A DNA stretch of 63,951 nt, counting the filler, from Octopus bimaculoides (Eukaryota), in the NCBI RefSeq assembly GCF_001194135.2. It is 6 parts of 6 records of this genome, joined end to end, with 100 filler letters (N's around TTAATTAATTAA, not from the genome) between each part and the next. Parts side by side here need not be neighbours in the genome. Positions count along the whole stretch, not along the records: positions 9,510 to 20,087 come from NC_069005.1; positions 20,188 to 46,619 come from NC_068987.1; 4 more parts are not named here. One strand, 5' to 3'. Position numbers and translations under genes: made by a program. This document shows positions 11,336-21,744 of the stretch, piece by piece; the first letter of the stretch is position 1, and every line of letters starts with the position of its first letter. A model generated the notes under the pieces. The model saw only the letters and a list, made by a program, of their open reading frames with translations. It had not been told where the DNA came from and made no database searches.

Positions 11336-11989
11336 TATATACAATTTACATACATTATATATATATATATAAATCAACACTAAACAACTACACCCTAAAT
11401 ATCCTCGCCTCCCCCACTCTATATAATACTTAGCGCTTGACAGTTACCTTTCTGACATCAACCACCTGGTTGTGTCCCCACCCCTACAAAACTCACTATC
11501 CAGTTGTGCCCGACTATTAGTGTTAGCTTCAGTACAATCCATCCAGTTTACTTACATGCCTAAGTATTTCTGTTCCGCACGTCAGCTTTTCATATATCTA
11601 ACTACCGTAGTACGTAAAAACCCCTACTGACTTGTGTGGGGCGGGTGTCCGAAAGTCGGACACGGTTGGCTGAACACACACTCAGCTTTTGATTGTCCTG
11701 GTATGTTACGGGTTTTTTGATCTACTCTTTCAGGGGGTATATCTTTTCTTTTTTTTTTTCGTGTGGGAGGACGCTTGGGAATGTCTACGGTTTCTTGTCA
11801 TGGTGGTGTTTTTTTTAATGGTGGGGATGGAGTGATAGTAATGTTGATGATGTTGTTTAGCCCCAGATCAACTTTAACGAGCAGAATTATGATCAGATGT
11901 CTTCCAAAACTGGCAACCCTACTTTACTTTCAACATGTCAGAGATTACATTGTTAGATAAATAGTTCTATCCAGACGAGTGTATGTATG

Positions 11990-12927
11990 CATATATGGTG
12001 TGGTATGTATGATATTATTCAGCTTTATTTTAAGATTTCTTACCAATAGAGAAAGAGCCAGTTTCTAACCTAGATCCAAGGCTCCTTCATTGGAATTTCA
12101 ACAACATCAACAGGTTATTTTTGCATGTATGTATGTATGTATGTATGTATGTATGTATGTATGTATGTATGTATGTATACGTGCAGATTTGTATATTTTG
12201 TTGTATGTATTGTCTTGCATGTAGTTGCATGTCTAGACATGTTCATATATATATTTAATTGATAAACTTGTGAAAAGTTTTACAGATTTTTACAGTTCTA
12301 GTGATGACTTAGAACTGTGGTCCTCGAATCAGATTTCCCCTTTCTGGTTTTGAGAAGCCTAATTTCTCAAGATTGGAGTTTAGGCAGTATGTTACAAATC
12401 CCAGGACCCCAATAATTATGGGTATAAACCTGATCTTGTAATCTAGAAAGAATAGCTGCAGACTTCTCAATAGTTCAGCGTAGATATTCACTTTTTCACT
12501 GATTTTTAGCTTCATGCTAACATCCTCTGGGCAGCTGATTTTCACAGCTGTACACAGTTTCTTTTCTCTATCCCGAATCATTATATCAATCTATTGTGAT
12601 TACATTTTATTTAGAAGTACTCCTTTTTATTACGAGTGGCTTCTACGATATTTTTTCTTCAGGATTATCCTTCTGCCGGATTTCATTAGAGTGTCCTAGC
12701 TACATCATATCTCGTCGCTAGATAATACCGTGATTTTCGGACAACTGCTTATGATGAGGGTGATATCTTCAGTGTTGACTCCATAAAGTCTGCATCGGTT
12801 GTCACATGTTACTGCATTTCCTGCATGCTTGTCCCTTTCGTGCATCAGGTATTTGATTGATGTTTCCTGTTCCTGGATTGCAAACGCATACCCTTCAAGG
12901 TGGGAGTTAGTAATCCGGTTGTTGGTC
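11990..12927 (-). mobile_element. R4/Dong-type RLE non-LTR retrotransposon, 3' end
   Basis: SHLEGYAFAIQEQE; degenerate CCHC knuckle CRLYG..EDITLIISSCPK; REL endonuclease region ..EKKLCTAVKISCP..KLKISEK.NIYAELLR..FIPIIIGVLG; 3' UTR with a (CATA)n tract. Confidence 0.85.
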
Positions 12928-13205
12928 TTCGCTTCATCCCCTTTTGCAGTATCTGTCTCCAGTGTGGGTGATCATTTACTACCTCCTCCCATCTCAGGAC
13001 GTCCAGATCAAGCGACTTCATATCTCTCTTGCAGACATCCTTGAAACGAAGATGAAGCCGTCCTCGTGCTCCAGTGCCAGTGGCCATATAGGAGGTCTTT
13101 TGGGATCCACTCGTCCAGCATGCGATGGGCATGACGACGCTGCTGGAGTAGGGTGAGTATATTGGGTATCTTGGCGTGGTTGAGGACTTCGGTGTTGGTG
13201 TTGCA
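12928..13205 (-). mobile_element. RTE-clade LINE C-terminal fragment
   Basis: NTEVLNHAKIPNILTLLQQRR, IPKDLLYG, and GARGRLHLRFKDVCKRDMKSLDLD..WEEVVND..HWRQ, typical of the RTE/BovB ORF end. Confidence 0.85.
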
Positions 13206-13359
13206 TGTATACATATATACGCACAATGACATCTATAAATATATACAGATATCATCTTTCCTTTCTTACTGCAAAATATTTTTATATACATAGATACAAT
13301 TAAAAAACACTTCAAACACAGAGACATTAAGACAAATCAAATGTGATAACTAAATACGC

Positions 13360-14650
13360 ATTGACTGGCTTAAACCGTTCTCCAAAAGTACTAGATTTAC
13401 CTGATGAACTACCTCAATTATTCATATTTATGTCACCAGAAGCAAAACTTTTCAGCAAAAACGTTCGGTGATTCAACAATGCTATGACCGTATATAGCAA
13501 ACGATGTTGCAGCTGCTAGACGTCTTTCCACTTACAGAATTCACAGAGTTTTTATAGATTTTTGGAGCACCAAGAAATAGTCTTACTGATACGCCATCCT
13601 GTCTACAAGATAACATTTACGATTATGAAGAACAAAAGGATACTGGCACAATACTAAAAATATTTCTGTTGTATTACGTATACAAAAGGCCAAATGGTGA
13701 GCATTCCAGATTGTATAACTTGCCTTACATGCTATGAAACTGCTGTATTAGAACCTAGTAATGACAAGGAATTCATAAAACTAACAGAACGTTGGCAAAA
13801 AAGTTCCGAGTAGAGAACAGTCCTCAAAGTCTTAAAATATTTAACTATTCTCATTGATGTATTCATTCTTTTTATCTTGATGGCTCAGATAGATGACATT
13901 TCAGTATAGTACATCAAAGAAGCAATAGAAAAGTGATATGTTTCTAATTTTATTCTTTTCAAATAATGAAGAAAGCTGAATCGGATAATATATTGCGTTA
14001 TGGACACTGTTTATCCCAAAAGTTTTGTGTAGACCAAAACGTTAAAGTACAATATGCTCGCTTGAAGAATATTCGAAACAATCAACAGGTAAACTTACTT
14101 AATTATCTGACAAATGCAGCCATTGCAGGCGATGCTTGTTGGATTGGAATACGATAGCCTTTCCAAATACATTTGCAGGCAGTACAATATATATTACAAA
14201 ACTCTATCAAGATACAAGGGCTACTGCAAATAACTTTGAGAAACCAACGGCTGCAATACGAAGTGGAAAAGAAATTACAAGAGGATTCAATGCAGATCAA
14301 ACTGCTGTAGATGGTCCTGATATAATTGCGCGAGTTTTCAAAGAGAGGCGGTAGCACCTGATACAAATCATGTTTTTAGGAAAACTTAATAGCCCATGTG
14401 AGCACCCACCTTGGAATAACAGCAAAGAGGTGTACCTCATTGTCATTTTCTTTTCATAGTAAAAATAAGTCAATATACGACAAGAATTTAACAAAAGTTA
14501 TCTCTACTGAACTTGTCCATCCAAATAATTCACACATATTTGGTTTTTATGATTTGGTAAAGATAAACATGATATATGGACTAAATGGAGAACAAAATGT
14601 AATTTTGTTTAGCATGCTAAAATACGAATCCCATATCAATACTTAATGGT
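13360..14650 (+). mobile_element. Degenerate Helitron Rep (HUH) domain
   Basis: In correct order: KLFSKNVR*FNNAM, KRPNGEHSRLYNLP (about KRPAGEHERRYNAP), QKFCVDQNVKVQYARLKNIRNNQ, FPNTFAGSTIYITKLYQD, QTAVDGPDIIARVF, and E*QQRGVPHCH (HUH motif 2, HCH at 14438-14446). Confidence 0.85.
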
Positions 14651-14962
14651 GCGCCCTCAAATATCTATAACAGATCTGCAAGTTGATTCGACGAACTTTT
14701 TTTTGTCAATAATTGGAATTATGGAAGATAACTGGAATTATGGAAATCAGTAAAAATCTGGTCAATAAACTTATGTTATGTCACCACAGGTCAGGTGGAT
14801 TTCTATCCTTCAATATCGAAATCACTCCTCGGGAAGGTCCTGATCTATGGCAGACAATCTCCCAGAACTATCGTCCTCGATATCAGGACTATTATGAAAG
14901 CGAGAAAGTCACTCCAGTTTGGTATTTGAATTAGTTTTGAGATTTCAAACCTCAAACCAAAT

Positions 14963-14993
<31 letters not shown>

Positions 14994-15028
14994 NNNNNNN
15001 NNNAATTGACAAACTAAGAATTTATTTG

Positions 15029-15409
15029 TGTTGTTTGTTGGCACTCCGTCGCTTAAGACGTCGAGGGTTCCAGTTGATCCGATCAACGGAACAGCCTGCT
15101 CGTGAAATTAACGTACAAGTGGCTGAGCACTCCACAGACACGTGTACCCTTAACGTAGTTCTCGGAGATATTCAGCGTGACACAGTGTGACAAGGCTGAC
15201 CCTTTGAATTACAGGCACAACAGAAACAGGATGTAAGAGAAAGTTGTGGTGAAAGAGTACAGCAGGGTTCTCCACCATCCCCTGCCGGAGCCTCGTGGGG
15301 CTTTAGGTGTTTTTCACTCAATAAACACTCACAACGCCCGGTCTGGGAATCGAAACCGCGATCCTATGACCGCGAGTCCGCTGCCCTAACTGGGACATTG
15401 CGCCTCCAC
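15029..15409 (-). mobile_element. tRNA-derived SINE, full length (about 380 bp), family B-like head
   Basis: Minus strand: GGAGGCGCAATG.CCCAGT..TTAGGGCAGCGGACTCGCGG...GGTTTCGATTCCC (B-box), long body, tail GACGGAGTGCCAACAAACAAC. Confidence 0.85.
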
Positions 15410-15895
15410 AATAATTTATTTACATTATAATATAATATAATATAATATAACAATTTTTAAAAAAACATAAAGCCAACAATTTGTTGTATATAAATAGATT
15501 AGTTGATTTATAAAAACTTCTGTCTATGTATACAAGCCTCTTCGAAGCCTTGGTTAAAAAAGACAGAAGAAATTCCATGTAAAGCGTTGCCAAATTGCAA
15601 AACAATTACTGATTCAAAATACTTATGTATAGGAGCGTGAGCGCTAAAATTCAAATACATGATAAGTACAATGAAAGAACAAAATTTTAATGGATAGAAT
15701 AATTAACAAAAGAAAATCTATAACGGTCATAAAATGTTTTTATATACCTCCAATTAATAATCTAAATGTATTTAAATTGAAAATAATCACTGGCCATTTT
15801 AAGAACATATAATAATATATAAATAAAGCATCAGAGTTTTACGTAGTTTTACAGACGAATTTTTGGTACTGATATAAACATTATTCTAAATAATT

Positions 15896-16050
15896 ATTCC
15901 CCGTAACTTAGCGGTTCGGCAAAAGAGACCGATAGAATAAGTACTAAGCTATCAAAGAATAAGTCCTGGGGTCGATTTGCTCGACTAAAGGCAGTGCTCC
16001 AGCATGGCCGCAGTCAAATGATTGAAACAAGTAAAAGAGTAAAAGAGTAA
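15896..16050 (+). mobile_element. SINE family C, 3' part
   Basis: CCCCGTAACTTAGCGGTTCGGCAAAAGAGACCGATAGAATAAGTACT...GAAACAAGTAAAAGAGTAAAAGAGTA. Confidence 0.9.
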
Positions 16051-16141
16051 GTAAAAATCCCAATTTATTTGGTTTATCAGAGGAAAAAAACTCATAAGTA
16101 AAATAAACAAAAACATAGAGCTACGATAATTATATTAATGA

Positions 16142-17423
16142 CTAGCAGAAATACCCGGCGTTGCCCGGGTTAAAGAGAATAATGAAATCTAAAAACGCCG
16201 TCTAGACTACGCATCATCTTTATATATAGAGATGTATATACACACACGCACCCAAACACACGTATATATATGTATATCAATATAAATATATGAAAGTCAA
16301 TGAAGTTTCGTAAAAGAAGGTGATCATGTACATACTTTCTTGCTGTTGTGATTATAACACCTCGTTGTAAACTATGTTCCTTGTTTTCCCTTGTGGAGCA
16401 TATACAAATAGGTTTTTTGTTGCTGTCCACTCTTGAGCAGCCAACATACAGTTGTCCATGTGAGAAGCAGGGCTCNNNNNNNNNNNNNNNNNNNNNNNNN
16501 NNNNNNNNNNNNNNNNNNNNNNNNNNNNNNNNNNNNNNNNNNNNNNNNNNNNNNNNNNNNNNNNNNNNNNNNNNNNNNNNNNNNNNNNNNNNNNNNNNNN
16601 NNNNNNNNNNNNNNNNNNNNNNNNNNNNNNNNNNNNNNNNNNNNNNNNNNNNNNNNNNNNNNNNNNNNNNNNNNNNNNNNNNNNNNNNNNNNNNNNNNNN
16701 NNNNNNNNNNNNNNNNNNNNNNNNNNNNNNNNNNNNNNNNNNNNNNNNNNNNNNNNNNNNNNNNNNNNNNNNNNNNNNNNNNNNNNNNNNNNNNNNNNNN
16801 NNNNNNNNNNNNNNNNNNNNNNNNNNNNNNNNNNNNNNNNNNNNNNNNNNNNNNNNNNNNNNNNNNNNNNNNNNNNNNNNNNNNNNNNNNNNNNNNNNNN
16901 NNNNNNNNNNNNNNNNNNNNNNNNNNNNNNNNNNNNNNNNNNNNNNNNNNNNNNNNNNNNNNNNNNNNNNNNNNNNNNNNNNNNNNNNNNNNNNNNNNNN
17001 NNNNNNNNNNNNNNNNNNNNNNNNNNNNNNNNNNNNNNNNNNNNNNNNNNNNNNNNNNNNNNNNNNNNNNNNNNNNNNNNNNNNNNNNNNNNNNNNNNNN
17101 NNNNNNNNNNNNNNNNNNNNNNNNNNNNNNNNNNNNNNNNNNNNNNNNNNNNNNNNNNNNNNNNNNNNNNNNNNNNNNNNNNNNNNNNNNNNNNNNNNNN
17201 NNNNNNNNNNNNNNNNNNNNNNNNNNNNNNNNNNNATGAGTGTTTTTGTTTCACTTTTGACACGTAATACTTAAATAGTGGAGGAGATATTATGTTGCCG
17301 TGTGCTCGAACTCTGCAAAAAGTTAATAATTTTTTTGACTAAAACACAACTGGAACCCTAAGTAAGGCATGTGTAAAATTTGAATGAAATTGGTTGCGTA
17401 GTTCTCGAGTTTTAGGGATTCAC

Positions 17424-17477
<54 letters not shown>

Positions 17478-17481
17478 CGAG

Positions 17482-17518
<37 letters not shown>

Positions 17519-17544
17519 CACATTCTCATTTTTATATATATAGA
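16142..17544 (-). mobile_element. Helitron with both termini, interior mostly gap
   Basis: 5' A|TCTATATATATAAAAATGAG at 17544; helicase C-terminus EPCFSHGQLYVGCSRV and KNLFVYAPQGKTRNIVYNEVL (16352-16475, one frameshift); 3' hairpin CCCGG-GCAACG-CCGGG then CTAG|T at 16142; A|T target site, no TSD. That the two ends belong to one copy is inferred across the gap. Confidence 0.85.
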
Positions 17545-17987
17545 TTATTTCATAGATAAAGGAAAACTAAAGTATAAGTAAAAAAATATATCTTAATTTT
17601 ACTAAGTTTTTCAGAACGAACGAAATTAGAATCAGGCGTTAGATATATCATGCTATAAATTATTATATGTTTACAAGCTCGAAAGTACACCATATTATAA
17701 AATATATTAAACGAAAAAGGTGCCACAGTGAATACATATATGTATGGTTATTTAAAAAGATATAATTATATATAATAATCGTTCTAATTTATTTATTCGT
17801 ATCTATATAAAAATTATTCGTATTACAAAATACTAAATTACTTAGTTTATCAGAGGTAAAAATAGCTCTGTAAATCAAAGTTTATATATTCATAAATTTA
17901 TTACCTACAAAAAAATAGCTGAAAATACGTATTTGTAATATAAAAGTTTTTGATCACAATATGGCTTTATAAAATTGTTCATTTATT

Positions 17988-18070
17988 ATTATTACCTTCA
18001 CCTTAGCGAAGGCAGAGATATTGTTTTCAGTCGTGTTTGTTTGTTTGTTTGTCTGTGGACAAGATGTCTC
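17988..18070 (+). mobile_element. Possible Helentron/HINE (DINE-1-like) terminus
   Basis: TTATTACCTTCACCTTAGCGAAGG (CCTTC/GAAGG stem), then a short spacer and a (GTTT)n microsatellite; architecture resembles HINE ends. Confidence 0.45.
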
Positions 18071-18071
18071 A

Positions 18072-18335
18072 ATCAGAAAAACCCTACTTCCAAACACAAA
18101 CGTTGCAAAATGTTTAGAGAGGAGTAAAAACCTACAGAATTGGTCTCTAGAACAGTGGAAGAATGTTATTTTCTCGGATGAGTCATCCTTTACCTTATTT
18201 CTGACCACTGGCCGAATATACGTGTGGAGACAGCCAAAAGAAGCATTTGACCCAGACTGCCTTCTTCTAACTGTTAAACATGGAGGAGGATCTGTGATGA
18301 TCTGGGGAGCTATATCCTGAAAATCTGCCGGCCCA
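18072..18335 (+). mobile_element. Tc1-family transposase fragment
   Basis: WSLEQWKNVIFSDESSF...VWRQPKEAFDPDCLL.TVKHGGGSVMIWGAIS* (first catalytic D region). Confidence 0.9.
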
Positions 18336-19240
18336 AGTATGCACACACATACACACATGACACATATACATATTGTACACTAGGAATCAACAATAANNNN
18401 NNNNNNNNNNNNNNNNNNNNNNNNNNNNNNNNNNNNNNNNNNNNNNNNNNNNNNNNNNNNNNNNNNNNNNNNNNNNNNNNNNNNNNNNNNNNNNNNNNNN
18501 NNNNNNNNNNNNNNNNNNNNNNNNNNNNNNNNNNNNNNNNNNNNNNNNNNNNNNNNNNNNNNNNNNNNNNNNNNNNNNNNNNNNNNNNNNNNNNNNNNNN
18601 NNNNNNNNNNNNNNNNNNNNNNNNNNNNNNNNNNNNNNNNNNNNNNNNNNNNNNNNNNNNNNNNNNNNNNNNNNNNNNNNNNNNNNNNNNNNNNNNNNNN
18701 NNNNNNNNNNNNNNNNNNNNNNNNNNNNNNNNNNNNNNNNNNNNNNNNNNNNNNNNNNNNNNNNNNNNNNNNNNNNNNNNNNNNNNNNNNNNNNNNNNNN
18801 NNNNNNNNNNNNNNNNNNNNNNNNNNNNNNNNNNNNNNNNNNNNNNNNNNNNNNNNNNNNNNNNNNNNNNNNNNNNNNNNNNNNNNNNNNNNNNNNNNNN
18901 NNNNNNNNNNNNNNNNNNNNNNNNNNNNNNNNNNNNNNNNNNNNNNNNNNNNNNNNNNNNNNNNNNNNNNNNNNNNNNNNNNNNNNNNNNNNNNNNNNNN
19001 NNNNNNNNNNNNNNNNNNNNNNNNNNNNNNNNNNNNNNNNNNNNNNNNNNNNNNNNNNNNNNNNNNNNNNNNNNNNNNNNNNNNNNNNNNNNNNNNNNNN
19101 NNNNNNNNNNNNNNNNNNNNNNNNNNNNNNNNNNNNNNNNNNNNNNNNNNNNNCAGCACAGTGTTTAGTCTAAAATGAAGGACCACAGATACTGAAAGCA
19201 AGCTTTCCGTTTTAGCATTTTATATATATGATCTCTTCCA

Positions 19241-19490
19241 CACACACACACACTCACACACACACACACACACTCACACACACACACACACACTCACACA
19301 CACACTTGCATACACTCACAAACGCACACATACATAATGTGTGTCTTGTTTGTTTACTAGCGCTTGTTTGTGTGTGTGTGAGTGTGTGTGTCTGTGTGTG
19401 TATGTGTCTGTGTCTGTGTGAGTGTGTGTCTGTGTGTGTGTACGAGTGTGTGTGTGCATTGTGTGTGTATGCGTGCGTGTGTGTGTAATA
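19241..19490. repeat. (CA)n and (TG)n imperfect microsatellites; (CTAT)n and (TA)n follow to 20087
   Basis: Directly visible. Confidence 0.9.
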
Positions 19491-19641
19491 TCCCTTGTAA
19501 CAATTGTGACAATTGTGTAATATATGAAATCCATAGGGCGTGACGAAATATTCGTGTCATAAGTGTACATAAATATTCATACACATTAACTATCTATCTA
19601 CCTATCTATCTATCTATCTATCTATTTATCTACCTATCTAG

Positions 19642-19672
<31 letters not shown>

Positions 19673-19764
19673 ACATTCTTTCTGTCTAACATTCTTTCTT
19701 TCTCTCCATATATTCATATTCCTGTTTCTCCTTGCATGTATGTGTGTGTGGGAATGTGTCCATA

Positions 19765-19841
<77 letters not shown>

Positions 19842-20187
19842 TTATATATATATATATTCATATACACATACACGCACGCACACGCGCTCACACACACATA
19901 TATATACATATGTATGTGTAAAGGATAAAATTTTTATAAAATTTTATCAAGTAGCCAACATGTAATAAAATCATATCTATACATATACACATACATACAT
20001 ACATATAAATATACACACATATATATATATATATATATATTATATGTATGTATATATATATAAATATATATATAAATATATAAATATNNNNNNNNNNNNN
20101 NNNNNNNNNNNNNNNNNNNNNNNNNNNNNNNTTAATTAATTAANNNNNNNNNNNNNNNNNNNNNNNNNNNNNNNNNNNNNNNNNNNN

Positions 20188-20458
20188 GCGTGTTATTAAT
20201 ACGTCCAGGAATGCCAGCTGATTGTTCTGTTCCTTTTCCATGGTGAACTGTATGGATGGATTTATTGAGTTCACATGATCTAGCAGCATTTGGACATCTT
20301 GCTGGTGGGGCCAGAGAATAAAGGTGTCATCAACGTATCGCAGCCATAGGGTTGGTTTTAGTGGTGTTGATCCTAAAGCCAAATTCTCGAAGTATTCCAT
20401 GTATATATTGGCTATTATCGGTGATAATGGCGAACCCATAGCTAAACCATCCGTCAAA
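20188..20458 (-). mobile_element. Penelope-like element reverse transcriptase fragment
   Basis: Uninterrupted DGLAMGSPLSPIIANIYMEYFE...WLRYVDDTFILW...VNSINPSIQFTMEKEQNNQLAFLDVLITR; these motifs are characteristic of GIY-YIG Penelope-type RT. Confidence 0.92.
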
Positions 20459-20509
20459 TGTAGATAATGTAAATAATGTAAATAATTCCTCATCTCTTAA
20501 ATATAGAAC
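20449..20509 (+). mobile_element. 3' tail of the 6.1-6.7 kb repeat, inverted at the 5' truncation of the PLE RT
   Basis: ATCCGTCAAATGTAGATAATGTAAATAATGTAAATAATTCCTCATCTCTTAAATATAGAAC matches 6621-6671. Confidence 0.85.
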
Positions 20510-20945
20510 AGCATTACAATAGTTCCTACTTTTAAGATGAGGCGATGAGCAGGCATATCAGATGGAGTGAGTGACTTTGCGAATTGAAATAGATAGTTCT
20601 GAATCTCCTCTTCATTATTGCAGGACACTGAATCTGTGCTGAAGTAAGTTTTAAGTGCCTCTAGTATTATATTAAGAATTTATTCATTTATTACAAGGTA
20701 CTCAGAGTTTTTAGGAGATAAAATTACTTGTTCTTCCATTTCTCTTGGCGTGCAGTTGTTGAAAATTTCTGGGTACAAATGTACAAATTGAAATGCAAAA
20801 GAACGAAATAATAAATGAATTTATGAATGAAAGTTTGGTAACTGCGTTTATTTCCACCACGCGACATTCATTATTGCAAACATGTTTTAAGTAACCTTAC
20901 TATACACACACACAAATACATTCATATGTGTGTGTGTGTGTGTGG

Positions 20946-20984
<39 letters not shown>

Positions 20985-21257
20985 TCGAGTTGTAGCTTGT
21001 CATAATATGTGTGAAGCTGAATCTCCCTGTGAACAGCGTTAACGTTGTGCATGTCTGTGGAGTAGTCAGCCATTTGTAAGTTAATTTTATCCTCGTGTGG
21101 TAATAAAAAGTGAAATTGACATCCAATATTTGCTGCGTTTATGTATCTATGTTCACTTTCTCTCTTTCTCTTTCACTTCTTTTTATTCCCTATTTCCTGC
21201 TCTTGATTTAACAATGTGTATATGTATCTATGTACCAACTTCGCTTGCGATGTAATA

Positions 21258-21510
21258 AACATTTAAAAACACAAAACTAATACCGTCACCACTCACTGTC
21301 TCTTTCCCTCTCTCTGTCTCTTTCTGTCTCACTATTTCACACTCTCTTGCTTTGTCTTTTATGTCCTCTCTGAAACATTTAAAACACAAAACGAACGCCG
21401 TCACCACACACTGCCTTTCACTCTCTCTCTCCCTCTTTCTCACATATTTTCTCTCTGAAACATTTAAAAACACAAAACGAACGCCGTCACCACTCACTGT
21501 CCCTTTCACT
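21258..21510 (+). repeat. Three dispersed-tandem copies of a roughly 45-bp unit separated by CT-rich tracts
   Basis: AACATTTAAAA(A)CACAAAAC.AA..CCGTCACCAC occurs at about 21258, 21373 and 21458. Confidence 0.8.
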
Positions 21511-21688
21511 CTTTGTCTTTCTCTCGCACTCTCTCATGTTCTCTCTCCTTCTCTTTTTCTCCCTCACTCTCTCTCTTTCTCTCTTACTTCCACTCTATCC
21601 TTCTCTCTCGCGCTTTGCCACTTCTTTGAAGTGTGACGCACACAACATGTACGTACAAAAACAAAAAGTTAGCATATTAATATTATTG

Positions 21689-21744
<56 letters not shown>

